Below are positions 39,155 to 64,000 of a stretch of DNA of 64,000 nt, in pieces. Origin of the DNA: Tubiluchus corallicola (Eukaryota > Animalia > Priapulida); assembly GCA_030141605.1 (NCBI GenBank), contig JAQGDQ010000109.1, positions 434,001-498,000 of the forward strand, in the 5' to 3' direction. How positions within the stretch are numbered: the first letter of the stretch is position 1; every line of letters begins with the position of its first letter. A model generated the notes under the pieces. That model saw only the letters and a list, made by a program, of their open reading frames with translations. It was not told the origin of the DNA and ran no database searches. A program made the translations under genes and the position numbers.

Positions 39155-40686
39155 TAAGCCACCTTATAAGGCCATATTCATTAATAAGTAACTGTTCTAC
39201 ACAGCGTTTCACAGTTTTACAAGCGAGAATTTCTCAAAATGGAACTGGCACTAAATCGTAGTTGTTTGTCGGGGTGAAGACAGCAAAAAAGTAGCACACA
39301 CTCCCTCTGAGATTGTGACGAAGTGCTTCACGAATGTTTATTTTTGTACATGTTGTTCGGTCGAGTTTTGAGAAAAAAGAACAGGCGAAAAGATTCCCAA
39401 TTTGTCACCCTATATAACCGCCTTTCTTCACAAAGTTTCTTGGAATTCTGTTAGATATTTTTTGCGTAATAGGCTTACTGCCATAACAGACAAAAAACAA
39501 CCAACCAGGCAAACAAAGTGTGTTGAAGCATAACTTCATTTGACAGAGGTAAAAATAACTAGAATAATTATCCCGACTTGTAACCCTAATCTTAAACACA
39601 TTTACTAAGTGTGCCATTTTGTTCCTGTACCAATTTTACCCCGTCATTTTTTTCCTGTGCCATTTTTACCTACATTCGATTATATTACACTGGGAGACAC
39701 AGCCTTGTAAGCAGACGGTTCCTAGTTCAAATCCAGGTTGTATTCCAACTTTTCCACATTTCTGTCTTTCAAGTTTGATATCAAAATTTAATTAACTGTA
39801 TGTTTGTTCAATCATTGTTTCCATACGGTACTGCTTAGCTGTACATGTATACTGTTACTTAATAATCCGGGATAATGTATTCTAGTTAACTTTATATTCT
39901 AACGTCAAAGTTCAAACCGTATTTGCAGTTCCACACATTTTCATATTTGCACAACACCTTACTAACCACTGCGTTAATTGATTAAAAAACTACGCGACAA
40001 CATTGTACAGTGATTATGTTCCGCAGTGTAACTAACAAATTGCTATTTGGGCTCTTACAATACAGTGTAGTTGTTTTTAGGTAGATGCACTGGATCAGTT
40101 TCTTCATGGTGACATCGAAAACTGGTCAGCTCCGACCAAATATCCACAAGAACCTGCTTCTTATACTACCGGTACCACAAATGCACCTCCTCAGCAACCT
40201 CTATGGAGACTCCAGCAACAGTCCTCAAGTGGACAAGACGTAGTTAGGGAAGCTACCCTATCAATTTTAAAGGAATTGAATACTCCCAGCACTACATGGT
40301 GCGCAACAGTGTATGGCGTGAATGGAATCGGGCCCGCTTTTACTCAGCCATTAACAGAACGACCATGCTCTGCATGCGCAGCTTGTCAAATGGCCGGGAC
40401 CAGGGTTCCCCAAATTCCACAGCCAAAAAACCATTATTCGACGAAAGTACCGAAAATAACAAACGCGTTTTCCTATGCCGGAAGTAGGAGGACATCCACA
40501 AACAACCAAGTTAACCAGCAGGTATGTAGTACTCCTTCAAGCAAGCAGTCAGCTGGATTAAAAGTAGATACCATACTAAAGCAAATGGGTAGCCCTTTAG
40601 CTCGAAATATATTCAATGCAATAGCACAAGAGCATCAAGGCATGTTAGACTTTCACATTAAAACAGAACAGCCCACGACACAATAA
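37202..40686 (+). CDS. Heat shock factor DNA-binding-domain protein, HSF5/HSFY-like (~391 aa, 2 coding exons)
   Basis: Exon 1, 37202-37771, encodes an HSF winged helix (MDFFN..FPHKLWKIV..IKWGKTGRTILVN..FKTNNIASFVRQLNLYGFKKV) and ends CAG|GTGAGT (phase 0). Exon 2, 40081-40686, follows TTGTTTTTAG and stays open for 201 codons to TAA. KLWKIV and RQLNLYGF resemble HSF5/HSFY more than HSF1 (RQLNMYGF). Confidence 0.85.
38843..39552 (+). mobile_element. Putative Helentron/HINE-like element nested in the foldback element
   Basis: Starts ACTAGAAT and ends CATAACTTCATTTGACAGAGGTAA, a degenerate version of the 36380-36396 stem-loop. Carries an internal (TA)n. Confidence 0.4.
39113..39153. repeat. (TA)n microsatellite
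   Basis: About 20 units. Confidence 0.92.
39693..39820 (+). mobile_element. tRNA-derived SINE (copy D)
   Basis: AAGCAGACGGTTCCTAGTTCAAATCC..CACATTTCTGTCTTTCAAGTTTGATATCAAAATTTAATTA matches the copies at 23971-24470. Confidence 0.6.
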
Positions 40687-43630
40687 GTTTATCCTAAAAG
40701 TAAAAATGTTCATACTACCAACAATACACATAACTTAATGAAATACTGTCAGTGAATTTTTAAGCCCTTGTCAGTACGATAATTGGTGACGTACTATTTC
40801 GCGAACTTCCACTTATTTTAGTAAATAGTGGTTTACACGGGTCTACAAGTGCAAGATGCTTCAGAAAGGTGGAAAATTGCAAAGTAAATGCTAGTGGTCT
40901 ATAGTCTGCGATGAATGCCCAAGTTAAATTCAACTTGAATTTAAGACATCAGTGTAATATTTTGTCCCAAGATACGTGTATGTACAGTGTATATATAATA
41001 TTTTAAAATGCCCAAGTTAATTATTTAAACCTGTTGAAAGCATGCTGTTAATTTATCTTCTGTGCGAAGTTATAGTCTTCTTGTCTGGTAACGCACTGTC
41101 AAAAATTATACATTCTAATTTGAGTTTAGGTTGTAATATTAGAAGCTGTCTTGTAGGGAAGCCATACAGCTATATTCATTAGATAACTGTCATGTCTGAC
41201 TGAGCATATTTTGAGCAGTTACAACGTTTTGAGAAATTAGTGGCTTTTGCAAACTCTATGAGAAAAATGCAGCAATGGCAACAAACTACGTATAAATAAT
41301 GAGCCCACAGTTTGCTAACCGTATCTGAAAAGTGAAGTCAAAAAGCACAAAGCAGTTTGGGCAAGTTATATTTTTTCTGTCATGTTGCACTTTTGTGCAA
41401 TTTTTTTCGCTAGCGTTATACTTATATAGAAGTTGATTGCAAGACGTAGAAACACTTCGTGAATGTAAATACTTCACTAACCTAATATTGCATCCTACTA
41501 AGTCTAAATGCGTAATTAGACCTAGTGTCACATTTGGTGTAATAACCTTTCTATGTGATACCGTATTTCACTTTTTCTAGTCACAGATAGGTTTAAGCTA
41601 TACCAAATCTTTTGATTGACGTGCTGTTCTTGTCTTTCAGTTTTCCTTACTGTGATCTAAGCTAATCAGACATAAAAATTGATCTGTGATTACAGAAAAA
41701 CACATTTCGTTTTGCTTTTGTTTATTGTCTAAACAGGTTATACATGTATGTGTATAAATCGTAGGCAGTGTTTCAGTTTTTTGTCATCTGGATCTTGTGG
41801 AAGTCTCAAGTAATATATTGTTTAAGTTAATTGTTGTGAATGGAATACCGTGTTCTCAAAAAGTGTAATTTCAAAGTGCGGATCTGGGTGTTCTATTTGT
41901 AGTGCACTATGCATCCTTGGTCTGTTGTTAATACATCTATTGCATGCGGATATTTTTCAGTTTGATTTTGTGACAGATATGTTAAAAATGTGGTAAAAAT
42001 TGAATCGCTTTTTATTTTGATACCCCAGCCTTTGAAATCATTCAACATTACATTTTTTCACTGAGTTTATTTAGGCTAGCATGAGTTTTCAACTGTTTTT
42101 GTTGGGAATGATTTTAAATAGGCGTTATTTTTTAAATAAAATGAAGCAATGCTAAGAAAGTTAATAATTGCATTTTTATCAAATTCAAATAAAAGGGACA
42201 GTGACAAATAAAAGATCGTAAATGAACTGCTCCACATAATACACTTTATTAGCTGGATAACGAAACAAAACATAAATCATCAAAAGTGCTGCAGTTAGGT
42301 TCAATTTTTCATGGTAATTTACCAATTGCAGTATAGCTGAATGGTAGACTCTCAGAACAGCTCAAGCCAATAAAAGCCCTCCCCTTACTGCTGCTCACAA
42401 AAATTAAAGCAAGCAGTGGGAAATTGGAATACGACATTACACTAATTACTTTACAAGATTCTTTTCACGGTATGCACAACACTAATCTCAATTTCAGAAA
42501 ACTACAAGCTATGACTTAAAATAATTGTACTGTGATTTCTTGGAGTTCTCTGCTTGTTTTTGTTAACACTTAAAATAGTTGCCACTGTTATGCTAAATTA
42601 CCTAAAATTTTCTGTTTTTTTTCAATGAGTACAGCAGGTGCGTATTATCACGTACAAATATAATACAGAGCAGGCCTGTCGCCAAAATTTAACATCTGCA
42701 CAAGTCTTATTTAGAAAACGAGCCAAAACAAAGAAATATATTAACATTTCGTCTGAAACTGCTGGCGTTCCTACCATAGAGCAACGGCTGATAGGATAAC
42801 AGCCATCATATTAACTAGCTAAACATTTACATTTAACATATATGACATGCCTCTCAACCTAATGTTTAGTCAATAGATTATACAATGATGGTCTACATCA
42901 CAAACAGTATAGCTGTTCAAAATTAATTTCAAGTAAATTTTTAATGGAGCAACATTGAAACTAGGCAATAAGCACAGGAACCAAATAAAACTTGTTCTAA
43001 AATCAAAATTAAGCCTGTAGTAAAAATTGCAAATTAATGTCTTAAAATCATATCCAGTATATCTTAGACAAGTCACATTTGCTTAAAACTGCGTGATTAA
43101 ATTTGCTTTTATGCAAAAAATAATAGTTTAAAGTCAGAAGAATAAAGCAAAGCAAAAAAAACCTATTAAACTGCATTAACCCCTATTTTCAAGTTCCAAC
43201 AGTGAGCTACATTTTACGAGTTTTATTAAGTGGAAATCCTTTCTCAGCACAAATTTTCCAGAAAATATTCCTAGCATCTTAAAATGACTGGCAACGCTTA
43301 TAGTTTGTACAACAGAATTAAGCACCTAAGACTGCAATTTTGCAATGCATGCACATAGAGATCTGTATTACAGTTCAGATGAATGGACGTTTACTACAAC
43401 GAACAAGATATTCGTACTCAGACTTGTATCATGAGGTAATGCTACATCTAATGCAGAAATAACTGTGTCAAGCTTAAACTTCGATTGATTTTCGGGCACC
43501 TATGCCTTAATGGCTCAATTAGTTATAATTTTTCTTCATTTTTGTTATTAGAACAGACTCAATGTACAACTTGCCATATCTAGTTGGCCGATGCTGTAGT
43601 GAGTTCAGTACATAATGGCAGAAGACAAGC

Positions 43631-53598
<9,968 letters not shown>

Positions 53599-53800
53599 TT
53601 TGAATACAACATTAGCGAAATGAGAAAACTTTTAGTTCTGTATTTCAGCACTAGATGCCGCCAAACATTGCAACGTCACGGTCAGCTTATCATGCTGTAT
53701 TTATTTCTCACGTGTCTACTCGGCTCGCTGTGGTTTGATCAATGCAAATTAAATATTTCAAGCTTTCTTTCCGGGTTGCGTTCATCTGAAAGTAAATTAT
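53599..53800. promoter_or_regulatory. Putative shared/bidirectional promoter of PP2A-A and CBS
   Basis: Lies directly upstream of the PP2A-A ATG. Contains a CRE half-site ACGTCA (53673-53678), an E-box TCACGTG (53708-53714) and a CTCF-like CAGCACTAGATGCCGCCA (53646-53663). Candidate CBS non-coding exon donor GAAA|GTAAAT at 53791/53792. Confidence 0.4.
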
Positions 53801-53969
53801 ATAACTGATTATATCTTAGTTTTTCTTCTTTTTGCTTTTTACTGAATGGCAAATGATATGTATTTTAAAGATTTTTTAATACTGATAACTGACGATTTTG
53901 ATTTTTGGGTATTATAAATGCATGAATATATACTAATAATTTTAGCTATCCAGGTCGTAGTGATCTAGA

Positions 53970-55070
53970 GTTGGACTTAGTGCGGTAGCTTCTCAACTAA
54001 GATTTAAAACTACTGGGACTTAGTGCGGTGACTTTTCAACCAATATTTAAAACTATTGAGAAATGGTGCATCAAGTGTTACCGTGATGTTAGCAATTTGT
54101 TGCAAGGGTTGATGACGGCGGCCAAAAAATGGGATCGAATTGGTTCGTGAAAAGGGAACAAAAGATTTGGTGAATATATCCACCAAAGATCTGGGAGGAC
54201 GCCAAAAGAAATCATCTTCCTGGAGGATAGATAACCTGTTGATTATCTTGTAACAGTTAGTGACTCCAGTGGTCTCTTTCTGTTGTTCTAAATATGATAC
54301 TGTAGCAGCAGCCTCAGCTAGTGGAATGCATCGGTTTTTGTTTTTTCCAGTGATGCTTTAAGAACGGAGTACTGCAGTGACTGGACTACTGAAGTATAAT
54401 AAAGAATTGGATGCACAACAGCTTTGCACAGGGGAAGGGTTACAGAGGCTTTCCTGGATGTGATACTTCATATAATCATGCAATGTGTTGATTTGCATGT
54501 GAAATGATATTGCTTATCCATTTTAAGTCATTCGTTATTGTGATGCCAAGATCTTTAGTAGATGATTTCTCCTCTATGGGTCCATCTTTAAGGTTATATC
54601 GAGTTTGACTCTTCAGCTGGATGCGCAAAACATGACTCTTGTCTTTTTTAAGCTCCCGTAACCATTCTTTACACCATCCTTCAATGTTGTTGAGGTCAAG
54701 TTGTAGCATACGCTTGTCGCAGTTGTCCCATATTGGACGGTATGGCTTTAAATCATCAATGTACAAAGTCGGTGATATTCCAGCCTATATGCATATAGTT
54801 CATACTACCATTTATGAAGATTAAGAAACAATAAGCACCAATGAGGGTAACTTGAGCTATGCCACTGCAGATATATTTCCAGCTTGTAGTTATGCCATTC
54901 AAGACAACACGTTGATGGCAGTTCATCAAGAAGTACTGGAACCATGCCAGGAGGCTGCTTGTTGTCCCTGCATTATTCCATCTTTATCAAAAAATGTTGA
55001 TGGGACACTGAGTTAAATGCTAGTTTTGTAATCAATTTATGAAAAAGGCAGGACTGTTGTCAATTAGTCA
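53970..55070 (-). mobile_element. Decayed CR1/L2-group LINE, reverse transcriptase to 3' end
   Basis: Pieces AFNSVSHQHFLIKME, LLAWFQYFLMNCHQRVVLNG, YIDDLKPYRPI..LQLDLNNIEGWCKEW..KDLGITITNDLKW and RSHFL..VINPCNKL appear in RT order with stops and frameshifts. Confidence 0.8.
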
Positions 55071-55164
55071 TCTTACATTCAGGCAGTGTAGAGTGCTAGT
55101 TTAGAATTGCCTCTGTAACAGTTTGCAGCATGCCAAACATAGAGTGCATTTGAGAGTCTCCGGG

Positions 55165-55250
55165 CAGTCTTTCCAGGTAGATTCCAATTTAAGATCATTT
55201 GAAAGTCTGTTCCACAAATTAGAGCCTTAATATTTTATGGAGGTCTGGTT
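55165..55250 (-). mobile_element. L2/Crack-type LINE 3' fragment
   Basis: Translates as QTSIKY*GSNLWNRLSNDLK (SIKYxGxxLWNxL motif). Confidence 0.5.
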
Positions 55251-55850
55251 TTTGCTAGTATCTTAGCTGGTTTACCAAAACATGCTGATTCAGTGGATGT
55301 TATTATTCATTTAAATAGAGGAAGGGGAAAACCAAATCTTTTCCCTTGGAAAACACCTTATAGTAATGGGTCATGCTCGATTACATATTTCTGATAAGTA
55401 GGCCACTAATCGCTTGTACTAAAATACATCTATAATGTAGTATGTTATATTTGCAATTATGCATCTAGGAGGAAATGTAGGAACTGAAGCACTTGAAGGA
55501 TTTCTTATTCTCAAGGAATTGCTTGTTCAATGAATTTCTTGGTCATTTGAAGATGGTGACACAACATTATGGTTACCACAATTATTATCTATGCAAAGTA
55601 GCAAATTGTCAGTCAGTTCTGCAGCTGTTATGATCTTTGTGAGACTGAAATTGATAATTAGCAAGCATGTTAGCATTATTAATGAACTGTATTTAATCAG
55701 TTGTGTATAATTACTTTTCAAATAGAAAAGAAATAACAGTAGTAGTAAAGAAACACACCTGTATTTTACTGGGTTGTTTGGGCACATAGTTTTAATTTTA
55801 TTCACGACATTTTCAACTGTAGGTATTTATTTTGTTTTTAGACTGCTACT

Positions 55851-64000
<8,150 letters not shown>

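Larger units (their letters stand above)
38729..39677. mobile_element. Foldback-type element in the HSF intron
   Basis: The left arm 38729-38810 (GGTAAAA(A/T)TGGC units) and right arm 39605-39677 (GTGCCATTTT/TTTTACC units ending TACATTC) are inverted. No clear TSD. Confidence 0.55.

Noticed and set aside
54476-54766. 96-aa ORF as a host gene between PP2A-A and CBS
   Set aside because: It is a fragment of a decayed CR1/L2 reverse transcriptase.

Overview
AT-rich, intron-containing invertebrate animal genomic DNA with no prokaryotic features; the lineage cannot be fixed from the sequence. It holds four protein-coding genes: (1) the 5' coding exon of a secreted or membrane CUB+EGF protein (- strand, running off the left edge); (2) a two-exon HSF5/HSFY-like heat-shock-factor DNA-binding protein (+, about 391 aa); (3) a complete 15-exon PP2A scaffold A subunit (-, about 596 aa); and (4) a heme-type cystathionine beta-synthase (+, 12 coding exons seen, running off the right edge), head-to-head with PP2A-A. 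There is one intact tRNA-Glu(TTC). The ~34 kb between the CUB gene and the HSF gene has no recognisable host exons but many repeats: intact MITEs with TSDs (including a hAT nested in a hAT), foldback arms, tRNA-derived SINEs, LINE 3' remnants, and micro- and minisatellites. The least explained signals are a ~190-nt multi-branched, sense-strand RNA structure in PP2A-A intron 1 that encloses a candidate 3-nt (ATG) microexon, and a recent 186-bp tandem duplication that copies the donor site of the CBS heme-ligand exon. Exon boundaries were read by hand from GT-AG sites and reading-frame continuity; no database search or folding program was run.
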